From Thecamonas trahens ATCC 50062 (taxonomy: Eukaryota; Protista; Apusomonadida): 64,000 bases of DNA. A program made the translations under genes and the position numbers. Shown here piece after piece: positions 34,812 to 45,147 of this stretch (positions are counted from its first letter, which is position 1; every line of letters starts with the position of its first letter). Location: assembly GCF_000142905.1 (NCBI RefSeq), contig NW_013657674.1:404709-468708 (forward strand). The letters are read 5' to 3'. The notes below the pieces were generated by a model. It was not told the DNA's origin, searched no databases, and saw only the letters and a list, made by a program, of their open reading frames with translations.

Positions 34812-37241
34812 TGTTGCGCGTGGTCTTGTCGGGGTGACCGGCCCATCGGTCTGCTATCATCGCTGGCTCGGGTGATTGTGTGGGCGGGCTATGGTCTTTG
34901 CGGGCTATGTACTGGTGGTGACCGAGTGCAGAATGTGGATGACTACAAGAAGCGGGTCAAGAAGATCGCGGATAGGGCCAAGAACGTGCAAAAGGCGTCG
35001 GCGTCGCTGGTCGACTCGATGGGCTCGCTGGTTGACGAGCTGATGCAGCTGTCGATGCTGGATGCAGTGTACAAGCCTGGAAACGACCCGTTCTCCAAGG
35101 GTGTGGCTGACCTGGTGGCGGTACTCAACACGGTCAACACGCTCCAGCAGAACTGGCAGAACACCATCGGGGCGACGCTGGTACAGCCGCTGGAGGATCT
35201 GGGCAAGACCGGGTTCAAAAAGTACGAAGACTCGAAGAAGGCGTACCGCAAGGCCATTTCCAAGCACGAATCAGCCTTTTCCAAGCTGCTCTCGGTCAAG
35301 GAGGCGACGACGGCCGAAGACAAGCTGGAGATGCAAAAGACTGCCGACTCTGCCGTGGTGGCGCTGCAGAGCGGGACGCTGGACCATCTGGAGGCAATCA
35401 ACGAGCTCGACTCGAAGAAACTGATGGTTGTGCTTGACCGGCTCCGCGCGTTCACCGACGTCACCGCGCAGCTGTTTGTGGCGGGCTCCGAAGCGCTAGT
35501 GACGGTCAAGCCGACGCTCCGCGACATCCAGACCAAGGTCATCGAGCGGCGGCGAGTGCTCAACTCGGAGGACCGCGACCTGTTTGTGGCGGCACGGGCT
35601 CAGGTCAACACGGCCAAGCGTGAGCAGGCCATGGCCACGCACGAGCTGGAAATGGAGCTGCGAGCCGCGCAGCCGATGACCGAGCTCGAGCGTGAAGAGC
35701 TCAACATTGTGCCGGGCCCGCTCTCACCGTTTGCCCGCGAAAAGGTTGGCTGGATCTACAAGAAAGCCGGCAAGCGCATGATCACAAAGTGGGACAAGCG
35801 GTTTGCCATCCTCCGCAACGGTATCTTCCGCCTCTACCGCACGCTGCAGAGCGACGTCAGCGAGCCGTCGACCGAGCTCAACGTCATGGTGGCCAACGTC
35901 AAGCCGCTGCCGGAGCAGTCGTCGTCGCGGCCCAACGTGTTCCAGATGGTGGGCGTCGAGCGGACGTACTATCTGCAGGCCGAGGACGAGGAGCAGATGA
36001 ACGAGTGGCTTAACGTCATCCAAAACGCTACGGCTTACGCGCTGGCAACCGCCGAGTCGGCGGCGTCGAGCTCAGCCAAGGCCAACTCGGTCCATCCGCT
36101 CAAGGAGGACTTGCTTGGCGTTGATGAGCTCGAGAAGGCGCTCTTTGCCCTCTGGGACACGCCGGGCAACGAGACATGTTGTGACTGCTTTGCACCCCGT
36201 CCGCAGTGGGTCTCGATCAATCTCGGCTGCCTCATTTGCATCGAGTGCTCGGGCCACCACCGCAACCTCGGCGTCCACATCTCCAAGGTCCGCTCGTTCC
36301 GACTCGACGATTGGGACGCCACCGTCATGGCATACTTGCAGAACATGGGCAACGTCCGCGTCAACTCGGTCTATGAGGCCGACCAGGCCCGCGTGGTCCG
36401 CTACCGGCCCAAGGACGAGACCAACGCGCTCATGCGAGAAGCGTACATCAAGAAAAAGTACGAGCAGCGGTTCCTCGTTGCCCGCGCCGACGATCCCGAC
36501 GCCGAAGCGCCAAACTCCGATCGGGCGGGCCTCTTGCTCTTCAACGCCGCTGTCCGCGGCGATCCGGTCGCCATCCTCCTCGAACTCGCCCGCGGCGCAG
36601 ACATCAACTGGGTCTCGCTCGAGTCGTCATCGTACACCCCACTCCACGCTTCCGTGTCGCACGGCCACATCCATGCCTCGACCTGCCTCGTCCTCAACAC
36701 GGCCGACACCAACAAGGCCGATCTCTACGGCAAGACCCCGCTGCACATTGCCGCCGCCGCCAACCGCGGTGAACTCCTCCGCTTACTGCTCAAGAACGAC
36801 GCAGACCCTAAGGTGACCGATGTGCAGGGTATGACGCCTCTCGACCATGCCAACCTTGCCGGGGCTGAGGAGACGGCTGCCTTCCTCACCCGCCTCGAGG
36901 CACCGTACCAGTACGAGTTCATTCCTGGCGGCTCTGGCCAGGGCTACGACCAGCCGTTCCGTCCGCAGCCTCTGGCCCGGGTCGACGACCCGCTGCCGCC
37001 GCCGCCGGTCGCCGCCAGCACCTCACGAACCGACCGCACAATGTCGGACAACTCGATTGCAAGCCTCCAGATCAAGAACCAGGCTGCCGGCAAGCGCCAG
37101 CGCCCGCGCTCCATCGCACTCCAGTCCAACGTCGATGTTATTCCGGCCGACGATGGCACCGCCGGGACCGTCAAGCTGCGCCGCAACTTGCCCTCGCTTC
37201 CGCCGCCGTCGCTCAAGCCCAAGCCCAAGGCTTCGCCGTAA
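34415..37241 (+). CDS. ACAP/centaurin-beta-type ArfGAP (BAR-PH-ArfGAP-ankyrin); join(34415..34513,34932..37241)
   Basis: EDTPEFR BAR start, PH domain (GWIYKK..WDKRF), CCDC..WVSINLGCLICIECSGHHRNLGVHISKVRS and TPLH ankyrin repeats. Intron GTATGT..GCAG. Confidence 0.92.
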
Positions 37242-37254
37242 ATCCAGGAAAATG

Positions 37255-40029
37255 CTAGCCCAGCTGGCCCGACATGCACTTGGCTGCAATCGCAGAGGCG
37301 ACCGCATGCGCGAGCTGCGGCGTCGGCATCCGCTTGACGTGCGGGAGGAGAAAAACCAGTGTGGCCACTGGAAGCGCGTGGAGAAGAGTGGCCAGCGGTG
37401 AAGGCGGGAGGCCGGCCAAGAACGCCAGTACGTGATCTGACGCTCTTTCTGGGTCTGGGTTCCCGCCAGGCTCGCGCTCTGGATCGAGGTCGGCAGGCAG
37501 TGGCGGGAGCGAGACATGCGACTTTTGGGTTGCAGCGAGGTGCTCGGTAAACGCGCCCAGCGTCTGGGTGTACGCCTGGGTGAGCTTGAGCGAGGCAGAC
37601 AATTCGGCTACTTGCTGGGCAAGGACCTGGATCGACATGTTAGTCGTGGCCTCGCCCGGTCCGCTGGAGACGGGCGGAGGAGTGGACAGCGCGGCGTGAG
37701 CGGGGCGGGGCCGCTGAAAGGCGTGATCTAGACCAAAGGCATCGTCGTCGTCATAATCGACCAACCGCGGTGGCGGCGGAGTGATTAGACGGTGCCGCGG
37801 CGAGTCGTCAGGTAGGACAAACGAGACCGACCGCGGTCGGTCGAGCGACGCGTAGGGCTTGGACAAGGACGGCGAGGACGAGGACGACGAGGCCGAGGAA
37901 CTCGCATCCGAGGCTGACGGTGACGGAGGCGCAATCGACTGACGTCGGTGCGAGAGATCCATGAGCTCGGGCAGTTGAGCTTGCTTGAGCTCGACCGACA
38001 AGCCCGACGAGCGGAGATGGGCGGCTGGGTGGCGGTGAGCAGTGTTGGCCTCATTGGGGTCAGGGTCTGCCACTACGCGCTTGGCGTGCGGCTGGCCCTC
38101 GCCGACGGCCGCCAACATGACCTGGGTCTGGAGGCCGGACGGAATGCCTGTGGCGAGGCGAGGATCGATGTAGCCACCGGCAATCTGATTGGGCGTGATG
38201 GGCGAGGTTGGCGAGTGCGAAACCGCGTGGCGAGCGCCTGACGACCGCAGCTCGTCGTATGACGCTTGCATCATCGGAATCAAGCCGTCGCTCATGCTCT
38301 CGTCCGAGTCCGAGTCGGACGACAAGCGTGAAGGAGGCGAAGCGTGTCGTGACGGAGACGCCGTAAGCTGCGGCTCGCTTTCGTGCAGCGTGCTAGAGCG
38401 GTACTGAGCCGCAGCCTTCTGGTACAGCATGCGCTTCTCAAGCGGCAGGTACGACGAATCGTCCGAGCCATCGCTCTCGGACGCATGCGGGGCCGAGAGC
38501 GCCGCCACGGCTCGGGTAGCTTCGGCGAGGAACGACGGGATACCACTCGAAGACGACGACGACGCCGATGACGAGAGGGCGTGCTTGGGTGGCGACGGTG
38601 CAGCTGGTGCATGCGAGATGGGCTTTGCCGAGTCAGCCGGAGGTGCGGGAGCCTGCCCTGGCGAGTGGTCCAGCGGATGGGTGTAGGCTGGACCTGGGTA
38701 GTACGGATTGTGGTTGCAAGGGGGATGCGGCGGCGGATAAGGCGGGTAGCCGCTATACGGATGGGAGTAGCTCGGACTCGCGTAGACATGCGGTGGGTGG
38801 TGAGGACTGTGGGGCGAGTACGACGCCTGCGTCAACAGAGCAGGATGGTCAGAATGCGAAGGATGGAAAGGTGGAGCGTGGACCGGCGGTGGCGAGGAAT
38901 GAGCGGGCGCTAGCGGCGCCATAGAGTGCAGTGGAGTGACATCGCGGGAGCGCGAGCGGAGCGGTGACTCTCGTTTGGGAGGAGACGAATGATCGTCGTG
39001 GCTGCGGCGCGGCTCGGGGGAGAGTGAGGCAACCGAGGCGAGTGACGCAAGCGAGAGCGAGTGGCGAGAGCGCGAGAGCTGGCGCGTGCCGGCGATCGAC
39101 TTGGATGCCGGCAGAGACGAGGTTGAGGCCTGGCGAAGACTGCGGCCAAAGCGAGAGCGCGATGCCGCGATAGTGGCCGAGGGCGGCGATACGGGCGAGG
39201 GCGGCGAGGACGTGCGTTCGGATGCGTGGCGGGTGGGCGGCGAAGCCCAGACCGAGCGGATGGAGCGCTGTGACAGGCGATCCTGGTCAGATGCCTGCGA
39301 GCGTGGTGACGAAAGACCAACTGAGGATGCAGGCGATGGCGGCGAAAAGTCTCTGCTTGAAGCCAGCGATGCAGCAAGCGGAAGAGCGAGGAACGAAAGG
39401 CCTGCCGCCGGCGGATCTGCCGATTCGAGGGTGGCGGTCATGACCGTGGTAGCGACCGAGGCGGAACCGTCATCGTCGGAGGCTGTAACAACAGCCGAGG
39501 CTGAGCTGGAAGCCCGCCCCGGGATCTTGCTGTGGGGTGAGAGGTCGTCGCGTGTCTTGACGTAGACCAGCTCGCCGCGGCGGATGCGCTCGAGCGCCCC
39601 CAGGTAGGCATCCTTGAGCGCCGACGGCCCCGCGAGGTTCGCATCGGCATGCGCACGGGCATGTGCATCGGCAAGCTCAGCATGCGCGCCATCTGGGGTA
39701 CCCGAGCCGGCCGCAACCGCCGCCGAGACAGCGGAGAGCTGACGCCAGCGCGCGGCGCCCGAAAGCGATCGCTCCTCTGCGCGACGGGCGACGTCATCCA
39801 GGCGCGCTCCAAAAGCCGATTCCTTGGCATGTGCGCGTTCTCGAGCAGCAACTGTGTTCGATCGGAGGTCTGTGGTGTGCTTGGCGTGGAGATCGGAGAG
39901 AGCGTCTGCGGTAGAGGCGAGCGAGGCTGACCTAGCCATTGTGCGGGCGTGCGAGTCTGCCTGGGCCTTCTCGGCGTTGCGGGCCGCCTCTTTGGCCAGT
40001 TTGCGCTCGAGAGCCTGAAACGTGGCCAT
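37255..40029 (-). CDS. Hypothetical protein: N-terminal coiled coil, long Ser/Pro-rich disordered region, small helical C-terminus
   Basis: 924-aa open frame; ATG follows a C-rich tract. No family recognised. Confidence 0.65.
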   Translation of the reverse strand: MATFQALERKLAKEAARNAEKAQADSHARTMARSASLASTADALSDLHAKHTTDLRSNTVAARERAHAKESAFGARLDDVARRAEERSLSGAARWRQLSAVSAAVAAGSGTPDGAHAELADAHARAHADANLAGPSALKDAYLGALERIRRGELVYVKTRDDLSPHSKIPGRASSSASAVVTASDDDGSASVATTVMTATLESADPPAAGLSFLALPLAASLASSRDFSPPSPASSVGLSSPRSQASDQDRLSQRSIRSVWASPPTRHASERTSSPPSPVSPPSATIAASRSRFGRSLRQASTSSLPASKSIAGTRQLSRSRHSLSLASLASVASLSPEPRRSHDDHSSPPKRESPLRSRSRDVTPLHSMAPLAPAHSSPPPVHAPPFHPSHSDHPALLTQASYSPHSPHHPPHVYASPSYSHPYSGYPPYPPPHPPCNHNPYYPGPAYTHPLDHSPGQAPAPPADSAKPISHAPAAPSPPKHALSSSASSSSSSGIPSFLAEATRAVAALSAPHASESDGSDDSSYLPLEKRMLYQKAAAQYRSSTLHESEPQLTASPSRHASPPSRLSSDSDSDESMSDGLIPMMQASYDELRSSGARHAVSHSPTSPITPNQIAGGYIDPRLATGIPSGLQTQVMLAAVGEGQPHAKRVVADPDPNEANTAHRHPAAHLRSSGLSVELKQAQLPELMDLSHRRQSIAPPSPSASDASSSASSSSSSPSLSKPYASLDRPRSVSFVLPDDSPRHRLITPPPPRLVDYDDDDAFGLDHAFQRPRPAHAALSTPPPVSSGPGEATTNMSIQVLAQQVAELSASLKLTQAYTQTLGAFTEHLAATQKSHVSLPPLPADLDPEREPGGNPDPERASDHVLAFLAGLPPSPLATLLHALPVATLVFLLPHVKRMPTPQLAHAVASAIAAKCMSGQLG

Positions 40030-40206
40030 AGTGGTGCTGCTGGTGGTACCCGCCCTTGGAGGAGGGGTGTGGGGTGGGGTAGGGAGGTGGGGTGAGTGAG
40101 CGGGGGAGAGCGGCGGGAAGGGGACCAATCAGCCCTGGGGAGGGGGGGGGGGGGGAGTAGGACGGGAGGGAGGGGGGAGGGAATGGCGGGAAACGATCGA
40201 TTGTCG

Positions 40207-40212
<6 letters not shown>

Positions 40213-40276
<64 letters not shown>
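40213..40276 (+). repeat. (AG)32 microsatellite
   Basis: Directly visible. Confidence 0.97.
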
Positions 40277-40281
<5 letters not shown>

Positions 40282-40734
40282 GTGTGTGTTTGTGGGGGGA
40301 TGCATGGATCATGATGGGTGGTGGGTGGCGGTCGGCAGCTCGGAGACTGGCGGTTGTTGTTGTTGTTGCAGGTGCGCACGCTCTTGTCAGTCGCTCGACG
40401 AGATCGGGCCCACTGCGTGGCGCCGGTGCGAGGTGTAGGCATGACTCGGACCAAATCTCACCACAGCACACTACTCTAGCTGTCTTTGGTGAAGGTATGG
40501 TGGCTGTAGGCAACAGCAAGGATGATTATGCGGCGAGTACGAGCTCGGAGAGTACAGGGTGGGTGACAGAGTCGACGGAGGAGATGGGCATGATGGCCGG
40601 CTCGCGGTCGAGGTCGTCGAGGTGTGAGACGGGCACAGGAGCAGCGTCTGGGGCTGAATCGAGTTCGGGATCGGGGTCGGGAGTCGGATCGGACAAAGGC
40701 GGGCGGGCTGGTGGAGTTGGTGAGTGGACGGGAG

Positions 40735-41520
40735 ATGCTGCGGAGGGAGTGCAGCTGGCGGCGGCTGGGAGTGGAGGTCGGGGTGGCTTTGGGCGTAATG
40801 ATGATTCTGGTGGGCCTCATCCCGCCTCGCAAAGTGGCGTGGTCGGTGACGGACAGCAGCATAAGCAAGAGCCATGAGGAGTCGTCGGTCCCGACGTGGA
40901 GCGTGCCGATCATCGGGCTCGCACTGCTTGGCTGTGTCTTTGCAACGGTGCAGTTGCGTGCTCAGGCACCGCTCTCGCGATCGACGCTCAGCGCGCAACT
41001 GGCGTACGGCGTGGTCACACTTGGGCTGGTGCTTGGCGCGACCGGCATTGTTACGGCGCTGATGAAGGCAGGAGTGGGGCGGCTGCGGCCGCACTTTCTG
41101 GCGGTGTGCAGGCCGGAGCAGGCGTCCAACGCCACGGACGCCCCGTGGATCTGCACTGGCGATTCCGCCAAGATCGCCGAAGCGCGCCGGTCGTTTCCGT
41201 CGGGCCACACCTCGGTCATGTTTGCAGGCTCAGTGACAGCGTCGGCATTTGTGATCGCGGCGCTCGGGCCGGACCTTGCTGTCGCCGCCGCGCTCCTTCC
41301 AATTCCTGTCGCCGTTGTGGTCGGCATGTCACGGATCTGGGACCATGCTCATTATCCGACCGATGTTGTCGGTGGTGCAATCCTTGGGAGTGTTGTGGCG
41401 GTTGTCGGGGTGGCGCTGCGGTTCCGGTTTGCGACGGCGCGCGAGCACGCCTTGCTATTCCCGCGTCGGCATAGGACTGGCACCCCCCGTAAAAAGGGCT
41501 ACTGTCGAGAGGCCACTTAG
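40735..41520 (+). CDS. PAP2-family lipid phosphate phosphatase (start uncertain)
   Basis: C1 KAGVGRLRP, C2 SFPSGH and C3 SRIWDHAHYPTDV motifs, plus several TM segments. A Ser-rich N-terminus from ATG 40497 may join through a frameshift. Confidence 0.88.
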   Translation: MLRRECSWRRLGVEVGVALGVMMILVGLIPPRKVAWSVTDSSISKSHEESSVPTWSVPIIGLALLGCVFATVQLRAQAPLSRSTLSAQLAYGVVTLGLVLGATGIVTALMKAGVGRLRPHFLAVCRPEQASNATDAPWICTGDSAKIAEARRSFPSGHTSVMFAGSVTASAFVIAALGPDLAVAAALLPIPVAVVVGMSRIWDHAHYPTDVVGGAILGSVVAVVGVALRFRFATAREHALLFPRRHRTGTPRKKGYCREAT

Positions 41521-41687
41521 AGAGAGACGGAGCACGGAAGTTCCTGGGTTGAAGCTGCCGGTGCCGTGCGCTACTCTGCGAGCCTATCGAAGTAGTCTAC
41601 CGCCAGCGTGTGCTATGCCATCGTTGCTTCGGTCGCGTCGTGTAAAGCCTCGTACCGAAAAGAGCCACACCTTTCGCCGTCCTCACC

Positions 41688-42215
41688 ATGGCTGCCCCTC
41701 ACGACGAGTGCGTATGCGAGGCACTAGATGCGTTAATCAAGGTTGGAATAGGCGGTCACGAGCAAGGCGCGCCTGTGCCGTGGGCGGTGGCATGGGAGGC
41801 ATTGTGCGCGAGCAAGAGTGGGGAAGGTGGTGACGACGGGGCGGCGAGTGCCGCGTGTCTAAAAAAGGTCGTAGAACACGACGAGGGCGGCGTGCACGGG
41901 CCTGGGAGCGGGGCAAGAGTCCGCCAGCTTGGCGGCATGTCGTTTGTGTGTGCGCACTACACAGGCGTGGCGGCGGCGGCGCTGGAAAATGAGTTGGCCA
42001 AAGTGCTGCAGACGCTGGACGAGGTGCGACCAGGCGTTGCCCGCGGGCGGACCGCAGCCGAGCTCGACGCCGAGTACGATGCGTACATCGAGGCGCTGCA
42101 CCAGTACAACGAGATGCGCGACGTGGCGGTGGAGCTTTTGGGCAAGCTCGCGGTGATGGAGGGTGTTCGGGTGACCGAGTTGTACGAGCGGTACGAGCTC
42201 GACGTGACTGACTGA
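41688..42215 (+). CDS. SWI5: Swi5/Sae3 recombination mediator
   Basis: C-terminal YIEALHQYNEMRDVAVELLGKLAVMEGV..TELYERYEL Swi5 signature. Confidence 0.88.
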   Translation: MAAPHDECVCEALDALIKVGIGGHEQGAPVPWAVAWEALCASKSGEGGDDGAASAACLKKVVEHDEGGVHGPGSGARVRQLGGMSFVCAHYTGVAAAALENELAKVLQTLDEVRPGVARGRTAAELDAEYDAYIEALHQYNEMRDVAVELLGKLAVMEGVRVTELYERYELDVTD

Positions 42216-42227
42216 GACGAGGGCGAG

Positions 42228-43094
42228 TCACAGCGCCTCGGGCAAGAAGATCGGATGGGTCTGCCGCAACGTGAGCGACTTGCGGCACATCGGACACCGG
42301 CGGGTCCGCGAGATTGCCTTGCGAATACAGAGCTTGCAGAAGACGTGTCCACAGGTAGTCGAGGTGGGCGTCGTTATCGCGTCAAGGCAGACGGCGCACT
42401 GGAGCGCGACGCGAATGAGCGGCGCGGAAGTGGCCGTGACCGGCGGCGGCGCAGGGACCGCGACCACGTCGTCGACCGGGCGTACAGAGGAACGTGCCCG
42501 ATGGCTGCGTGCGTGCGGCCTGGCCGGCGGCGGGCGGCGCGGGCGGACGCGCTCGCCGATAAACACGACCTCGCCGTCGTCAGCTGCGTCGCTCGGGGCG
42601 AAGCTCCTTGTGGGAAGCAGCGGGCTGACACCCGAGTAGCTGGCCGACTCGTAGCTGCCAGGCGAGCTCGAGCCAATGCTGTCATCGACGCCGACTGCGA
42701 CATCGTCGCCATCGCCCTCGCCCGAGTCCGAGTCCGAGAGGATCTCGATGACGTTATCAACACCACTGTGGGCCGAGACCGGCAAGCGTGGGCGAGTCTG
42801 AGCAGCCAGAGCAGCGTTAGCGGTGCTGCTGTTGGCGTGACTCGAGCGAGGCGCATGCAAAGCTCCAAGCGGTTGTCTTCGTTGCCGCGGGCGGGCGTGT
42901 GGGTCTTCTTCGGCCTCGGTGTCAGCCTCGGCGCGCAATGGCGGGCACCGGCTCGATGGTGTGCCGGACTCGTTCTCGGGAGGCCGGATGGGTGCAGACG
43001 GGGGCAGCTGCCGCTTTCGCTTCCGTGACGCCACCAGCCGTGCCTGCGGCGGGCGGGCAAAGCCGAGGGCCAACTCTCTAGATGTCGACGTCAT
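42228..43094 (-). CDS. RNF4/Slx8-like SUMO-targeted ubiquitin ligase
   Basis: SIM-like VIEILSDSD and EVVFIGE. C-terminal C3HC4 RING CAVC..STTCGHVFCKLC..CPMC..HPIF. Confidence 0.8.
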   Translation of the reverse strand: MTSTSRELALGFARPPQARLVASRKRKRQLPPSAPIRPPENESGTPSSRCPPLRAEADTEAEEDPHARPRQRRQPLGALHAPRSSHANSSTANAALAAQTRPRLPVSAHSGVDNVIEILSDSDSGEGDGDDVAVGVDDSIGSSSPGSYESASYSGVSPLLPTRSFAPSDAADDGEVVFIGERVRPRRPPPARPHARSHRARSSVRPVDDVVAVPAPPPVTATSAPLIRVALQCAVCLDAITTPTSTTCGHVFCKLCIRKAISRTRRCPMCRKSLTLRQTHPIFLPEAL

Positions 43095-43567
43095 GGGTGG
43101 GTGTGGGTGGGAGGGCGGGGGGGGGACGGGCGAAGCCGGGACAGGGAAGCCGCCAGGAAGAGAGAGTGCAAGGAGGAGTGTGGGTGATGCTAGAGACGAG
43201 AAGGTCGGCAAGGCGTTCAACGACTCGTGTTGAAGATGAGTGTGTGATGGCTTGAGAAGAGGGAGGAGAAGGCGAGGTGCTCACGAGGAAGGTCGTGGTG
43301 CCACGGTGGAGACGCGCAAGGGCACACAAACACACAAGACAATACCGCAATGACAAGGCGGGAAGTTGGAGGCATCTTGCCAAAATTATTTTTGGTGTCA
43401 TCCACCCCCCACCCCCACCCCTCCCATGGCCCTCAACCAACCCGATCGATTCCCAACAATCGCGAGTCACCTCCTGCTCTCCCCCCCCCTCCCCCTCTTG
43501 GCCTCCGACTCTCAGCACAGACAAGCTTGTGGCAGTGACAGTGACACCTCTCGCAGCGCCAGAGAAC

Positions 43568-45037
43568 ATGGCGGAGACCGAGACCGAGGGGGTGGCGGAC
43601 ATGGTGGTGGAGAACGGAGCCGCGACGGCAGAGACTGTGGCGGCGGCGAGTGGCGAGGGAAGCAGACCGGCAGCCATGGCGGTGGCGGGCAGCGGAGAAG
43701 GCGGCGGTGGCAATGACGGCGGCGGCAGCGGTGGCGAAGGAAGTGGGGCCACGGAGGGGGGGTCAGGCAGCGGTGGCAGCGTGGAGCGGGTGGAGGACGT
43801 GGTGGTTGGTGCTGTTGTGCGTTGCAAGTTCCGCAATGGCAAGTATGTGGCCGGCAAGGTGGTGGCCAAGCGGACGCACGCCGAGAGCGGCCAGCCGCAG
43901 GTGTATCTGCACTATATCGGACATAATAAGCGGCTCGATGAATGGGTCCCGCTGGACAACATCGAGGCCGAGCTTGCGGTGACGTCCGAGGAGATTCTGG
44001 AGAACACTAGCGAGAGCACGCAGCGCGGCAAGATGACGCGAAACATGAAGCGCAAGTACGACGCCATCAACCATGTGGAGAAGAAGGCGGACGACTACGG
44101 TGACTCTGCGCTAGCGGCGCTCGAGCGTGAGCACGAAGAGCGGACCAAGGTCAAGAATATTGCGTCGATCCGGCTGGGCAAGTACTTTCTGGAGGCGTGG
44201 TACTTTTCGCCGTACCCGGAGGAGTTTGCTGGGCTCGACAAGCTGTATGTCTGCGAGTGGTGCCTCAAGTACATGAAGAAGAAGAAGACGCTGCTGAAGC
44301 ACCGCAAGGAATGCGTGCGGCATCACCCGCCGGGTGACGAGATCTACTCATCGGGTGGGCTGTCGATGTACGAGATCGACGGAGCGGCGTGCAAGGTGTA
44401 CTGCCAGAACCTCTGCCTCCTCGCCAAGCTCTTCCTCGACCACAAGACGCTGTACTACGATGTGGAGCCGTTCATGTTCTACGTCCTGACTCGGGAAGAT
44501 GAGAGCGGAAAGCACATTGTGGGCTACTTTTCCAAGGAGAAGGTCTCTGTCGACGGCTACAATCTGGCGTGCATCCTCTGTCTGCCGCAGCACCAGCGGC
44601 AGGGCTACGGCCGCTTCCTCATCACGTTTTCGTACGAGATTTCCAAGCGTGAGAACAAGGTCGGCTCGCCCGAGAAGCCGCTGTCGGACCTGGGCAAGCT
44701 CTCGTACATGTCGTACTGGACATACGTCATTCTCGACGTTCTGCAGAACTACCGCGGCAACGTCTCGGTCCGCGACATCTCGACCATGACTTCGATCACC
44801 GAGGACGACATCATCACCGCTCTCACTTCGCTCAACCTCATCAAGTACTTTAAGGGCAAGCACGTCATCTACGTCACCCCGCGCGTTGTCCGCGAGCACT
44901 TGCAGCACTTTAAGAAGCCCAAGATCGCGTTCGACACGGAGGGCTTCCACTGGCACCCGCGCCCGGTCTTGCCCATCTCGGCCCCGCCGCACATGCTCCC
45001 ACCGCCCGAGTCCGGTGCCAGCGCTGGGCGGCAATGA
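43568..45037 (+). CDS. MYST histone acetyltransferase with chromo-barrel domain (MOF/KAT8-Esa1 type)
   Basis: Motifs YLHYIGHNKRLDEWV, WYFSPYPEE, CEWCLKY, YCQNLCLLAKLFLDHKTLYYDVEPF, NLACIL, QRQGYG and GSPEKPLSDLG. Confidence 0.95.
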   Translation: MAETETEGVADMVVENGAATAETVAAASGEGSRPAAMAVAGSGEGGGGNDGGGSGGEGSGATEGGSGSGGSVERVEDVVVGAVVRCKFRNGKYVAGKVVAKRTHAESGQPQVYLHYIGHNKRLDEWVPLDNIEAELAVTSEEILENTSESTQRGKMTRNMKRKYDAINHVEKKADDYGDSALAALEREHEERTKVKNIASIRLGKYFLEAWYFSPYPEEFAGLDKLYVCEWCLKYMKKKKTLLKHRKECVRHHPPGDEIYSSGGLSMYEIDGAACKVYCQNLCLLAKLFLDHKTLYYDVEPFMFYVLTREDESGKHIVGYFSKEKVSVDGYNLACILCLPQHQRQGYGRFLITFSYEISKRENKVGSPEKPLSDLGKLSYMSYWTYVILDVLQNYRGNVSVRDISTMTSITEDDIITALTSLNLIKYFKGKHVIYVTPRVVREHLQHFKKPKIAFDTEGFHWHPRPVLPISAPPHMLPPPESGASAGRQ

Positions 45038-45147
45038 AAGAGATAATGTGTAGAAAAAGGAGAGTGTACGATGTAGTGTGCAAGAGAGGGGGAGGAGGGG
45101 GGGGGAGGGTATGTGCAGCCTCACTCGAGCAGCGGGCAAAGCGCCGG

